Source: Strigamia acuminata
Lineage: Eukaryota
Direction of reading: 5' to 3'
Assembly (NCBI GenBank): GCA_949358305.1
Contig: OX442314.1
Location: 26,226,001-26,290,000 of the forward strand
DNA length: 64,000 bases
A program made the translations under genes and the position numbers. Shown one piece after another: positions 37,901 through 48,141 of the stretch; positions within the stretch are counted from its first letter, which is position 1; every line of letters begins with the position of its first letter. The notes beneath the pieces are model-generated. The model was not told the origin of the DNA, made no database searches, and was given only the letters and a program-made list of their open reading frames with translations.

Positions 37901-40900
37901 ATGGATACTTCTTAAAATATTTTAAAATATCACCGCATTTATTAATAAATGAATGATCACCTTTATGGAATTTTTTAAAGTTTTAAAACTCGTAATTTCA
38001 AAAGACGCGCCGATTCGTTTGAATCGACGGCTTTTCTGCACAACACGGGTTGCTAGGCAACACAACAGCGAGAATTCTTCTTCGCTAAAATTCGAGTGGT
38101 ATTCCATTCGTAAATTTCGATTTCAATGGCTTGAGATCACGATTTTTAACCAACAATTTAATGTAGATCAAGTCTGTAAAATAAGGTAAACCCACTTTGA
38201 AATAAAATATAAATTTTAATTCCTTTGAAAAACGTCAATTTTCTTTCTAATTTATTTAGGCAAATAAATTTAGGTTTAACTTGAAGTCTCAAGCAAAATA
38301 CATGTGAAAAACATTTCTAAAAATAAAACAACTGTTAAATTGATAGAATTCTTTAAGAATTCCATCAAAAGTCAACTTTTCAAAATTAGGCCCGACCGCG
38401 TGGTTTGGTCAGATCGTCGATGACAAAATGACGTTACCCGGGCGGAACCAACTTCAACAAGTTCGGGCAAGATTTTTCCGTTCTTGGGGTTAGGCCTTTA
38501 GGCCTGACCACGCGGTAGAAATTATTATTTTGTTAAAACAATCAATCTCTACTGCGGAGAAAACAGAATAAAGTGAGTGACACTTATTATCTTGCGAGAA
38601 GTTCTAAAACAGCATAAAATATATTAAACACATATAAATTTCAAACGAAATTTATTTTTTACACACAAAAATCACCATTAACGTTATACTACTCGAATTC
38701 ACCATAGACATACAAAACTTCAAATTTTATTTAAAATTTGGCAGCCTATCTCGGTAGAACCTCCACTTGTGACGGTTCTAACGAGATTCCTATAAAAAGA
38801 AAAACATTATACATACATGGATTCTGTCACACAAAAAATTTCATTTGAAATTTTATCACCGCAAGCACATTTCCGAATTCTCATAAACACACGAAAAACT
38901 TCAAAATTTATTTTAAATTTAGGCAGCCTATCTCGGTAGAACCTCCACTTGTGACGATTCTACTTTTGGGCTAATTTATTAGTCCTTTAAGATAGATAAT
39001 TCGGTTTATACAAGACGTTGCTAAGTTTAGCAACAACCTAACCGAGATAAGCTACGGAAGCCCTTACAAACATGAATATGTGATCAAGCAGAAACAACTT
39101 ACAGTTTTAGTGTGACATAACATATTTATTACTAAATATTAACGACAAATGATGGGTTCTTGACGCGTGTAAACGGGCGGCATCAACTGGTTGAGGATCC
39201 GGGCGAAGCCAGAGGGGTACGGCTGACTTGCGGCATCGTCACAAATATCGCTACGGAGACGTATTTGGTCCGCAGCTCGAGTATCTAATAATGCGAAGAG
39301 TCCTTCGCATAAGTAGGAATATTCAGCAGAATATTCCATGTTCCAAATGAATAAAAGTAAAGTAATTAGTGGAATACAACAAATGCATTGTTGTATAAAT
39401 ATTAATTGGGCGGGGACCGTCACGACAATTGAGAGAACGTCGCGGGAGTTGTTGAGACTCCATCCGCCAGCATGCCTTACGACGACAAGATCTCGTGATC
39501 AGGCGCCGAGTATTTAATTGTGTGCTTTAACTCGCTATCGGTGGTACCAACCACCAGGTAAACATTTCTATGGACTTACCGGTATAAAAAGATATTGCCA
39601 ATACAGGACTACCAATGCCCGAGTAATTTGTTTAACACAGTGTTGTTCAACTCCTGTTCACGGGTTACTAACCCGGAGGGTACGATGGGGCGGGGACCGT
39701 CACGACGGTCGAGAGAACCATCGCGGGAGGTTTTGACACCTCCATCCGCCAGCATGCCTTACGATGGCGGGATCAGCAGATCGAGCACCGGGTAAAATAT
39801 TATTTGGCCACTGCCGTTGGATTACCATTATCCAGGTAGTTGTTTTATCGCAACATCTTTAGATATTACTCACGGGCTACCAACCCGGCGTGTTACCTGT
39901 GCATTAAGCCTTTACCGACTTTTAACGAGCGGAAGGACCAATCGTAGAAAGACGGGAACCTGCGTGGGCTGTTTACAACAACCATCCTGCAGCGGACTGT
40001 GGCCAGTTAGCTGAGGGACCTACTTTCATTTAGCAAGGTCGTACTGTATACGACCGTTATATTAAGCCACCGTACGAAGTCCTACTGTCCCGTAGAACAG
40101 CTGGCTAACGTTACGGGGCCATTTCATGCGAATGCATGTCTATTACCGGAGTTGGCCTTCCCGAAAAGGCCTTACAACAACAATAACAGATAGTAATGAA
40201 TACTATCTGTGGAGAGCTGAGGTGGCCTGATGTGTCGATAGAGAATAATGAAATCAAACGATAACAATTCAACTACAGACAATATACAAGTTCAGTTATC
40301 AAGCCAGGGCGTGGGAGAGTGAGAAACTGGAGCTTATATAGTTCTGTAGAACTACTAGATTGGCGACAGCCAATCAGCGTACGAATCGGCGGATTCGTGG
40401 GTCACTAGTCCGGACCTAATATATGACTATGTCCAGATGGGCCCAGTTGGGGTCCGGAAGGGTCCAATTGGTTCCCTTCGACAGGTAAGTAATGTGGATA
40501 TTGATTCGATGGAATCAACATCATTAAGTAATTAATACTTAATTCATTGAATAAAATAGTTATATTTTATTCACCGTGTCTTAAATAATTATTTATCACA
40601 CTTTTTAGTTTTAACCGAGTTTGGAATACGCGCGTTGGTTAAACAACGCCATCTATGGTGAACATTGATAACTATCGATTTGTAATCATCACAAAGGAAT
40701 TTATTTCTCGGAGGTGTCTGCGACCCAGGAAGTGTGGGTGTTTCCGATGATGTGGGCCGTTCATGTGATCCGGCTGGTCCAGTTGGTGTGAGCAGTTGAA
40801 CTGATGTGTACGGTTCACTTGGTGTGGGTGGTCCAGTTAGTGTAGCCGGTCCAGAAAATGTGGATAATGAGGAAGATGATCGCAGCCCAACAGATTCTTC

Positions 40901-42331
40901 ATTATCTAAAAAATTTAAATCATATATGAGTTTCATAGCGCATGGTTTAATTATTTTAGAGAAACCTTCATCACTGTCGCTGCGTCCATGTGTCAATCCA
41001 TCCAAAATTTCTTGAACTGGTATGATGGCAATGGTATTTTCTGTCTGTGAAACTACCGATTCGTGGACTAAACCATCGTCGTTTACTGGCAGGTACCCCA
41101 AAATCTTGTTTACTAAAGAGTAAAACCTCCAACTTGATCTGGACCCACCAGTAGATCCAACTATACGTTTCTCTTTTCTGAAATAAATATAATAAAATGT
41201 GTATAGTAAAATTTTATAAATACTGAATAGTGTGATGTAAACTCTGCAAATGTAGAAAAGTTGTTGTTTAAACTGCAAATGTTGCAAAAATGGCAAAATC
41301 GCAATATTTGCAGTTTAAACCGCAACTTTTCAACATTTGCGGTTTAAATCGCAACAAATATTTTAAATGTAGTGGTTTAAACTGCAAATGTTTCAATTTA
41401 AGCTGCAAACGTTGCAAATGTTGAAAATACTACGATTTTATCCGTACTTTAAATCTAAACACGTGCGGTTGAAATCGTAGTATTTCCTACATTTCCAATG
41501 TATACCGAAAAATTTGCAGTTTAAATCGCAACAAATATTTCAAATGTAGTGGTTTAAACTGCAAATGTTTCAATTTAAGCTGCAAACGTTGCAAATGTTG
41601 AAAATACTACGATTTTATCCGTACTTTAAATCTAAACACGTGCGGTTAAAATCGTAGTATTTCCTACATTTCCAATGTATACCGAAAAATTTGCAGTTTA
41701 AATCGCAACAAATATTTCAAATGTAGTGGTTTAAACTGCAAATGTTTCAATTTAAGCTGCAAACGTTGCAAATGTTGAAAATACTACGATTTTATCCGTA
41801 CTTTAAATCTAAACACGTGCGGTTGAAATCGTAGTATTTCCTACATTTCCAATTTATATCGCAAAATTTGCAGTTTAAATCTAAACATGCGCTGTTTAAA
41901 TCTTAGTATATTCAACATTGGCAAATTATATCGCAACATTTGCAGTTTACATCGAAACATGTGCGATGTGAATTGCAAATGTTGCGATATAAATTGAAAA
42001 TTTAGCAAGCATTTGCAGTTTAAACCACAACATTTGAAGTAATTGTATTTATTTTAATTTATATTTACCTAAATACGGCAGTCAAATTCTTAATTTTGCT
42101 TTGGACTGATTCCCACGACCTGATAAAGTTGTGTTCCTTTAACCCTGCCGCGATTTTTTCGTAAACAATGCGATTCCTCTTGGCCCTACGCAAATCGTCA
42201 TTGTTGTCTTCCCACAGATGAATCAACAAATGCGTTTCATCATCACTCCATATTTCCTTTTTTTTTCGCTGCCTTTTTTCTAAATTATCTGAATTTTCCA
42301 TTTGGTTGACCACTGGCATGGAAGCAGCCAT
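25950..42331 (-). CDS. Harbinger Myb/SANT-like DNA-binding protein, spliced, split by the Gypsy insertion
   Basis: Exon 1 42331-42069 (WSDDETHLLIHLW...RSWESVQSKIKNL), exon 2 from 41177 (WRFYSLVNKILG). The frame continues across the AAGG TSD into 26156-25950 (coiled-coil-like C-terminus, TAA). Confidence 0.85.
28644..30161 (-). CDS. Gypsy ORF3 of unknown function (Cys-rich, non-Env)
   Basis: 505-aa open frame from ATG 30161, directly preceded by a splice acceptor (tttgcgtctgcag); CxxCxxCxxCC, CPNC and CxxHCPKC motifs; no signal peptide or TM segment seen. Confidence 0.8.
   Translation of the reverse strand: MGSGKHRSKRSHRRHRHESSSSSTSSSDEQRRSAERAYMRAQPIPTAPASMYALTPLQLATLNWLSVHPDGLPLDLNAMMQAPSTSAQPTIYESAQLTPLAQVAYPPTNVINVPLAPHSPEFRPPTASVAPTVANTSNAAAPTVTGQSTSATHLPAGAESSASEYGWNEPPPGALRYSEPVSRNREYRAANKARKKDEKARLRKEQCERDMAAGIPHDNIVTDQATETICPFCVGCGWCCGASAGSSLMRCPNCRGRKTRPRSEPWRKEVQPHVVKGIKPNEKRCWAHCPKCRLFLNSRGEAVYIDPRFLTWARAEANAGVRVELLRQSPPPSEDSDVSTETVQAADSVGSEVVEEFVRPRAMSRGRGCLTLDRAREIAKVQRTNILARGRARKLQQAVETLSKPVEDPPTAVTDVSSAPPASKSETSDDAQFEDAEELLSVVDFVAELLDDMPFPPPSPDEIEALEEAVFSAVSTEATEESDFLTSAEVEKKEEKDSTDVEKKE
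31216..35415 (-). CDS. Gypsy pol (PR-RT-RNase H-IN), reached by -1 frameshift
   Basis: ALMDTGAS, RMCIDYR, MPFGLCNAP, YLDD, TDAS, ADALSR, HGH..GH..C..C, DLMGP, SDNG, ERANR, DGPW; frame open. Confidence 0.97.
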   Translation of the reverse strand, partial: LDPGDEGLFHPPEVANATSESLFMDVDTTCLEVATSHSGGVEENLQEMTEQLKNLTLFPHKCYTKKFCRLRRLNRVIGGNNLHNITLGNNKDDPRMKITIGGLTYNALMDTGASQCYIGEQLLSETQALPEFLQEAPRNMLVNAVGVAHKPVGQITLCVQWADEFTPMNFIVLAKRVCGLILGHNFMRRQKISPHPHLQEFSCADKPNWSAPYESEEANLALAPLNRITFDYLGLSSTLNSIELTDTPVLTWDKKLVEESDCTPEQRLALREVVKSIPNVFRDQVGCTNVTQHRIKFKEGHSLPKMQYRMYNPAKRAIMTKLAAELEQDGLIEKAKGPFISHPVIVAKPDGSYRMCIDYRWLNAITEVEVIQMPSIDLLLHNTGPAKYFTSIDLVKGYYQVEMCKEDRPKTAFYTPNGPYQFVRMPFGLCNAPCTFQRLMEGILGSALQDYALVYLDDVIVYSDNWDDHLKHVRDVLERLNQANMTINKAKSRFGRTELKFLGHWIKPEGLFGDPDKISAIMKFPTPTCAKDIQRFHGMTNFFRKFVPNHGTIAAPYTRMMNEKTPFEWGDEQTVAFNKIKELLCGDNCLHKPDMTLPFVVMTDASHEGLGAVLCQDVNIFDEKKQKNISVPRPVAYASRVLRGAEKRYTTPELECLAVVWAIDRFKPYLEYGTFTLESDAEALKWLMRTPEPSGKFGRWALRIQCGNFKIVFRKGAANQVADALSRAPLTEEDIPLRDHVEPVEIKQYWPEWDGNPSVSLNRAPVKREYLASVRSYFSENSKECSEEKEGEEVQETLYSALTEVLKEVPPTRREIIDAQLLDNECKRIREYLLNDKVVGIPQSEIKEWKNKVKNYCLDKKEVDGDQMIIYFNPSFEEELNDSGNGFKAVVPSSLVKRVLFACHGHPLSGHAGMSKTLEKTRLIYFWPGMSRSVRNYVKSCTHCAQYKPIQQKKHAAPYTPHNMTNPWECINMDLMGPKPAGRSQNQYIFVIIDNCTKFVEIKALTKATSANCVQELRSVTNRWGHPKKIVSDNGKQFVSDIYNEYCEMYNIRPSHTSTYHAQANPTERANRDIKTMLALYTDVHTQWPRYLDEFAFAMRNNVSSATGSSPMLLNTGRIVTLPFDPRIIKHANPFDKENPEKYVRVLLDVLRRSHQEMHRRIQLNFERHRKIHEQKFVITEFEVGDLVWKQTHILSCADKNISAGFAEKRDGPWEITKVLPGGAYKLRKLSDGSIEKSVNIKALYPYTPSYPVETWKVGQKSASYSPQENPKWMDESNQLPDAEEMELIPETSSEIPMELSDSTSVQIEKSAPTKSKHRHRQRLTAMEKKAALKRGEIPKKPPRKPRKPQPIVPRTSTRPRRERKPNPKYADENFVRNITAVFKKPYQQRGKASKFCWN
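35381..35421 (-). promoter_or_regulatory. Programmed -1 ribosomal frameshift signal
   Basis: A AAA AAC slippery heptamer just before the gag TAG, 7-nt spacer, GGGGGA...TCCCCC stem; pol is in the -1 frame. Confidence 0.85.
35412..37640 (-). CDS. Gypsy gag with Asn-rich low-complexity region and CCHC knuckle
   Basis: 742 aa; capsid-like FSG..AHGWF..SWEVFEQAFKERF, CYHCKKPGHMRREC. Confidence 0.92.
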   Translation of the reverse strand: MTNNQHHMNTRGKERTCLTGGMNLSGFIPVPNGTEEVGNHAVHNGVSNETAGPSGENRAPREPTPPGEEECIPEGSHLGRGGLLFCQDHGLNPNQFRSLTEVLDFVHARRTTSEQPNSPASQRLNNFSPTPSTPISRYRNKNAQPPRQDQSNLTPGDFNRAFQQRLRANNFARNQQRGFTNPENFENTFNRANLGPPNMANPNPSFPNGSNSCPNLAGNLNPNSGATRGPNRRFDPNSRFANNSSPAPNMQRGHPVPPNSNNPNNPSTGTPGNSNNYLNQGTPGNSNNRPNFGNQESSNNRPNFNNRDNSNNHSNYGNQGNSNNHSNFGNHSRPNQGGSNNFNPNSGGSSQNNSSQPNNGGSSNDNSRPPSSFGMTADDLASIATTMHKLMQAGKSSASVPQTNCLKPPDIPVFSGKAEESERFLNIVKNVAFLRNMSLDDMLVKGVAGYLTEQAHGWFHERREDFISWEVFEQAFKERFVATRQERTNQLTKLKQLETESLYDFMHKYYQLWILQDSLDAKGAGCLFIGSVTPANDLLLHTQGIADLPLTEIYAVITKNKGLYSRTANGARENISNPVVFPPRKTDTRPQSKTNAKSLTLDSQEQLNICEEELPEECEAVYLINGVVDQTRRGQLVCYHCKKPGHMRRECPDLKPRANFNSEELQKRSTPDSPTVDPTSKRPNNRWITQEVLDATLDAKLDAKLNTFENKLQTSLTNSLAEMVKTLIKPESTDSSATSSKN
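41250..42035. repeat. 177-bp tandem repeat (3 copies plus degenerate flanks) in the Myb-gene intron
   Basis: tcgcaacaaatattt recurs at 41349, 41526 and 41703. Confidence 0.85.
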
Positions 42332-43298
42332 GTTTGTTTGACCAATAATGGCAATGCATTATGGGTACCATGACATCACAAGCTAGCTTAGAACTAGCTA
42401 ATCCAGTTCCCTGAACTAGATTATTTTATCTAGTTTCAAAACTGATAAGCTAGCTTAGGATAAGCTAGTTGTGTTCGCACTACATTTATACAACTAGTTA
42501 TAAAGAGTTAAGCTAGCTTAACTCTGTAGTGCGAACGGGGTATTACTATATCATAGTTAACCCTAGCAGCCCCAACCTAAAAAAAAATCCCTCCTCACCC
42601 AACCCGGGTCATTTTTGACCCCAACAAAGATGGCCGCCGCAGCACATGGAAGCATGCATGTGTCCAAATGCACTCGCTTCGTTTTCTGTCTATTTGAAAT
42701 CAAATTCCAGTTATTTTGGTATTTTTGGAACTAGTGAGTACATTCCCAAGTAACAAAACTATGTTAAATCTATGTAGAATCTATGCAAACCGTCTATCTT
42801 GGGACATAGATTTAACATAGAATAAGGTAGAAACTATGCCGAAACTACATAGCATTGACATGGAATAAGCGCATTTCGGTCACGATTTTGACATAGCATC
42901 TACATAGAGCTGTAGATCGATGCTATGTCAATACAACGTCAAATCGACGTCGAATTCTACGTAGAGTTCTATGTCGATTCGACACGAAATCGATCTACCG
43001 CTCTATGTAGATTAGTATATATCTTACTAATAACAAATTATGTTGAGGATGGTTGAAATGAAAGGTCAGTCATATTAGGCTAAGAACTAACAAGTGAAGT
43101 TTATTCGGGGTCAAGCTACAAGGTGGCGCTGGGGGTACAGCGCCTGAGGCAAAGATAACGTCACTACACAAAACATGCAGTGAAGTCCGAACACAGCATC
43201 ATTCCCCATTAATGGCACATTAATCAAATCACAAATACAATAATAGAATTCATTCACGATAGACAATGTACCAATTCGATTAATAAAAACAAATACAC

Positions 43299-44700
43299 TT
43301 AATCACTGTTATTATATCCGTAAAATTGTGTCGGGTTGCAAATACGCTGGGGATGGCGGTACGGCACAACAGGAGTATTGACGGGAACAGGAGGAGGTGT
43401 AGGAGCTGGAGAAGCATTACGAACGTTTGGGAGATTGGGTGAATTGGGAGGAGCAACTAGGACTTGCGGTTGTACAACTGGCGGTGTGTTACCGAGGTTT
43501 GAGTCGTCTATTATCAAAGGAAAATGTCCGCGATTCCCTCCCCCCTCCGGAGTTTGGGCGTGCAAAGTCTGGCGTCTTCGGAGCTGGTCCGCATGTCGGT
43601 TCCAAATTATGGCATTTCCGACGGCCACATCGTACGTGGTGGACGATGTCTTCTGCGATATTATTCCAGGAACCCATCTCGCGGCGTGCGAATAGTCGCG
43701 CGCGAACACCAATTCCCCAGGCTCGAAGGAACGGCGCGTTTCCACAGTTGTTGGCTCCGGCATTAAGCGGGGGTTCAACAAATGTAATCTAGTTCGAACA
43801 GTTCGTTGTAGAAATGCCTCGGACGGCGTAGTCCGTGTAGAAACGTGCGGCGTCGAGCGATAGGCAATCAAAAATTGGTCAACGGCTTCTGAAATGCTCA
43901 AATTCAAATTTAGAAATTTCCCGACTTGATTTTTAAATGTCTTCACGAAGCCTTCCACTGCTCCGTTGGTAGCTGGGTGGAAAGGCGGTGAACGAGTTTG
44001 TCGGATGCCGTTCCGTGACAGGAAGTCAACAAATTCCGCTGAAGTGAATTGCGGCCCATTGTCGGAATGAACGTGGATCGGCAAGCCGTGACGTTTAAAC
44101 CAACATTTTAAAACCGCAATTGTTGCTTTCGAGGTAGTGGCGGTCATCATACGAACTTCGCACCACTTGGTGCGCGCATCCACAGCCAACAGGAACATTT
44201 TGCCATGAAAGGGGCCGGCGAAATCGAGGTGGATTCGCCCCCAAATTTCGTCGGGAATGGGCCAACGCAAGTCGGACGTCTTAGGCGGATCCGGGAGTGC
44301 GCGCTGGCACACGTCGCACGAACGCACCATCGACTCAATGTCACGGTCGATTGACGGCCACCAAACTGTTGAACGAGCGAGCGACTTGGTGCGCACGATT
44401 CCAAAATGTCCTGCGTGCAACTCCGCCAGGACCGCACGGCGAAGCTGTTCTGGCACGACTAAACGCTCCGTCAGGAACAAGAATGGTCCATGCGTGGAGA
44501 AGGCGAACCTGTGCTTGTAAAAATTTTTTAAGTCAGGTGTTGTCGATTTCCATTCGCCTCGGATGCACTGCAGAACTGCTTGCAATTGGGCGTCTGCGTC
44601 GTATGCTGCACGCAAGGCTGCTTGCGATACTGGAAACTGCGAAAGAGAAACGGAAAAAATTTCGTTAACGTGCATGTCGAGGTCTTCTCGAGCGTTGGCG
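43299..44700 (-). CDS. Gypsy integrase
   Basis: LHAGHFG..WWPSI..CDVC, RIHLDFAGP, SDNGPQF, NGAVE, YRSTPH, WVPG, RHADQLR. Confidence 0.88.
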
Positions 44701-45943
44701 TCGATGTGGACAACGAAAATACTTCTGCGCCCACCAGGTCGCCAGTTTTCGACAGCAAACCAAATGCTTCGAGCCAGTCGCGGCCAAGGAGTGGGATGGG
44801 GCCGTGAGTCGCCACGCACAACGGCAAACGAAAATCGCGATCACGATGACGAACCGGAACTTCGCAAACCCCTTCCATTCGGAGTGTTGTGCCGCCATAC
44901 GTATTCATCTGGATCGGAAGGGGCTGCAATGGAAAATTTGAAAAATATTTAGTATAAGTTTCGAGATTTATAAATGTAGCGCCTGCTCCCGTGTCCATTT
45001 CCATTAGGAGATTGACATTAGCAATTTTAATGGCCAAAATAATTGGTTGTGTGGCTTTAATGCCAATCGCGTTGACGGTCGTCGTCAAATCCGGCTCAAC
45101 AGCGTAGTACGTGAGCTGTTGTGGCATCTCGACTGCATGGACTGGAGCTGGTGACTTCAAGACCGACCGGCAAACTGGTTTGATGTGGCCAGTTTTTCCG
45201 CATCCGTGGCACGTGGCATCGCGAAAGCGGCACGCTTCACGCGTGTGCGACTTACTGCCGCAAGCAGAACACGCCGACACATTTCCTTTCGAGTTGGATG
45301 GTTGGCGGCCTGGTTGAAACGAGGTAGTGCCCCTCGAGGAGCGTTTTCTACCCCTTGACGCATCGTGACGTGGTTTGGAGTCGTGGTGGAGTTTGTGCAC
45401 CGGCAGCGCCGATGCATTCTGCGTCGCGATCGTCGAAAATTCCTTTTGCGACACTTCAGCAGCGGCAGCGAACTCGACTGCGTCGTCGAACGTCAAATCT
45501 TTTTTTAACGTGAGCGCCTGTTGCACTTGCTCATTCTGGAGGCCACAAAGAAAGCGATTTCTTAATTCGTTAGTTTTGTCGGCGAACTCACAGTTTTGGG
45601 CCAGGTCCTGAAGAGCGAGAGAATACTCCAGCACGGTTTCATTCGGCAGTCGATCACGGCGGTGAAAACGGCGAATTTCTCCCAGCACGAGCGGCTTCGC
45701 GCGTGCATTTTTCTGCATCAAGGCCACAAGGTCCGCGTACTTCAATTCAGCAGCTTCCTTCGGCGCCGCGAGCGTGTCCAGCTGCTTGAAGGTCGGCATG
45801 CCGACGTACGACAAGAGCGTATGGACCTTCTCCTGGTCATCGACGATCTTATTGCAAGCAAAAATACTTGTCATACGCTTGCAATACAGGCCCCAATCCT
45901 CTGTTGGATCGTATTCCCGCGGTGTCCCTTTTAGAGCTGACAT
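44528..45943 (-). CDS. Gypsy gag-protease
   Basis: EDWGLY, LAQNCEF, CSACG..H..C, CHGCGKTGHIKPVC, MEMDTGA, LLGRDWL; runs out of frame after the protease. Confidence 0.9.
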   Translation of the reverse strand: MSALKGTPREYDPTEDWGLYCKRMTSIFACNKIVDDQEKVHTLLSYVGMPTFKQLDTLAAPKEAAELKYADLVALMQKNARAKPLVLGEIRRFHRRDRLPNETVLEYSLALQDLAQNCEFADKTNELRNRFLCGLQNEQVQQALTLKKDLTFDDAVEFAAAAEVSQKEFSTIATQNASALPVHKLHHDSKPRHDASRGRKRSSRGTTSFQPGRQPSNSKGNVSACSACGSKSHTREACRFRDATCHGCGKTGHIKPVCRSVLKSPAPVHAVEMPQQLTYYAVEPDLTTTVNAIGIKATQPIILAIKIANVNLLMEMDTGAGATFINLETYTKYFSNFPLQPLPIQMNTYGGTTLRMEGVCEVPVRHRDRDFRLPLCVATHGPIPLLGRDWLEAFGLLSKTGDLVGAEVFSLSTSTPTLEKTSTCTLTKFFPFLFRSFQYRKQPCVQHTTQTPNCKQFCSASEANGNRQHLT

Positions 45944-46799
45944 ATTGATGGCAAAAGTCGGCGTTGAGTACGAAAACGCGAGGAAAACGTGACAATGGAA
46001 CGTAGGCCTAACGTCGGGACGGCGTGGTCAGCAACGGGCCGAAAAAGTGGTCAAAAAGTTCGAAAAACACGAAAAAACTTGCGTCGCTACTGGATTCATT
46101 AGTTGCACGTGGATTTCGGATCCTTATCTCGTCGCCATTTAGTATATATCTTACTAATAACAAATTATGTTGAGGATGGTTGAAATGAAAGGTCAGTCAT
46201 ATTAGGCTAAGAACTAACAAGTGAAGTTTATTCGGGGTCAAGCTACAAGGTGGCGCTGGGGGTACAGCGCCTGAGGCAAAGATAACGTCACTACACAAAA
46301 CATGCAGTGAAGTCCGAACACAGCATAGATGCAATGTCAAAATCGTGACCAAAATGCGCTAATTCCATGTCAATGCTACGTTGTTTCGGCATAGTTTCAT
46401 CCTTATTCTACGTTAAATCTATGTAGAATTCTACGTCAAACTCAACGTCGAATTCTACGTCTATTTAACGTAGAATAAGGATGAAACTATGCCGAAACAA
46501 CATAGCATTTACATGGAATTAGCGTCGCCCGGTCGCGATTTTAACATAGCATCGACATAGAGCTGTAGATCGATTCTACTTCAAATCGACGTAGATTCGA
46601 TCGAGACTTCTACATCAATTTGAAGTAGATCCGATATTAAAATCGACTTATAGTTCTACGTACTTTTTTTGTATAAAAAAAACAAAATATTAAAATTTTA
46701 AAAAATTTTATTTTTTGAAAAATAATAACAATATTTGACAAAAAGAACGATTTTTTTCACGCGTGACTTCTTAGCAACAACGGTTTTGAGAGTTGAGGC

Positions 46800-47110
46800 C
46801 ATTGTTGTGCATTCTCATTAAATTTCTCATCTCTTTTCGGCCCAGGTTTGCACCATTTTCCCGTTGTTTTTCCAGTTGTAATCGTGTCGGAGCCAAAATT
46901 CGCCGGTCACGTATCGATCTCGGTCTTTGAAGACCAAAATGGAGGTTTTGTAGACTTTGATTGCGTATTCTTCGTCGTTTTTGCCGAGTGCGTGGTGAAC
47001 GTTCGCTTCTTTTCCCGTGCTGACGCAGCCGTTGATTTCTTCGAATAGCTTGTCGTGTAGTTGATAATTCTTGACAATATTCGTTTGAGTATTGGGCTTC
47101 CAAACCCGCA
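46800..47110 (-). pseudogene. RIOK1: Captured RIO kinase 1 fragment
   Basis: EINGCVSTGKEANVHHA...AIKVYKTSILVFKDRDRYVTGEF...KMVQTWAEK; truncated and frameshifted. Confidence 0.9.
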
Positions 47111-47689
47111 GTAATAAAAATACGATTGTTTTTCCGGTACCATCTACATCCAGTGTTTCCCACGTGTAACTCACATATCCGACTAGGTTCGGAAATGGAT
47201 CTGTAGAACACGCGCGTTTTTCATCTACAAATTAGTGTTTTTGGTTTGGTTAATCAGTATTAAGAAAACATAAAGTCAAACTACCTTGTTTAATTGTTGA
47301 GTTGTGTGTGGTCTGTTCGCGGGTTCGCTCCTTATCGCGAATGACCTGTCCGCTAGTTCGTATTGATTCGCTTCGTCTGTTAAAAATAAATTCGTGTTAA
47401 TTTTTAGTTTAGTTTTACGTCGGCATAAAAGATCGTAATAAGTGAAATTTATTTACTTTATATTCGAATTACGTTATTCGGGCAGTCGGGTCGTTTATTT
47501 CCTATCATTTTCCGATTTCCGAGGTTAATTTTGAATACACTGCGTTTTTGTCATCGCTTCGGCGTGTATCGATCGTTGATCGATCTACCTGTAAAAATCA
47601 AAACACCTACCGGTACCTTCCATACACATGGCTTACATGGTTGTATAGTTTAATTCCAGCAACAAGATGTTTGATTAAAACCATTAAAA

Positions 47690-48141
47690 CCATTAACCTA
47701 ACCACGCGGTCGCTTAGAGCACACAAACCGGAAGCCGGTACTTTTAAAAATTCGTGTACCGCGGACCCAACCGAACTTACGATGCATCTCGCGGTTCCTG
47801 AGAAAACACGAGAAAACACGAGAATCTCGTGTTTTCTTGCGTTCTCCACTTCCTATTTAAAAAAAACCGTAAAGAATCATAAAAAAAAACTGATTAAAAG
47901 TATTATTATGGTTTTTAATATTATTTTTCACTTTTAATCGGTTTTTTTAATGGTTTTTTATGGTTTTTTTTAAATGGGAAGTGGAGAAAGCGAGAAAACA
48001 CGAGATTCTGGAGTGTTCTCACGTTTTCTCATGGTCCGCGAGACGTACCGCAAATCCCGGTCCCAGTACTGTACCAGGACCGCGACCGCGGTACTTTATG
48101 TGGGAGTGCCGTGTACCGCGCACCGGGTCCGCACAACACTG
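47690..48141. mobile_element. Partial relative of the hAT MITE at 14987-15443
   Basis: Ends ccgcacaacactg; shares gagaaaacacgaga and ggaccgcgaccgcggtac motifs. Confidence 0.55.

Larger units (their letters stand above)
26161..40693 (-). mobile_element. Young full-length Ty3/Gypsy LTR retrotransposon with three ORFs
   Basis: 1744-bp TG...CA LTRs (38950-40693, 26161-27904) with no differences seen, 4-bp TSD AAGG, PBS TGGAGGTTCTACCGAGAT (tRNA-Gln-like), PPT-like ggggga. Confidence 0.97.
24499..42542. mobile_element. PIF/Harbinger DNA transposon interrupted by a Gypsy
   Basis: TIR taccc(t/c)gttcgcactaca at both ends, TTA TSD (24496-24498, 42543-42545), convergent transposase and Myb/SANT genes. 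Confidence 0.93.
43013..46325 (-). mobile_element. Small Gypsy (Mag/K02A2.6-like) LTR element lacking RT and RNase H
   Basis: Identical 186-bp LTRs (46140-46325, 43013-43198), 5-bp TSD TAGAT, PBS TGGCGACGAG (tRNA-Ser-like), PPT-like ggggaa. Confidence 0.93.

Noticed and set aside
42557..42744. piggyBac-like left end (TTAA-CCCT)
   Set aside because: No matching right TIR found; the aaggttaa at about 52020 does not match.
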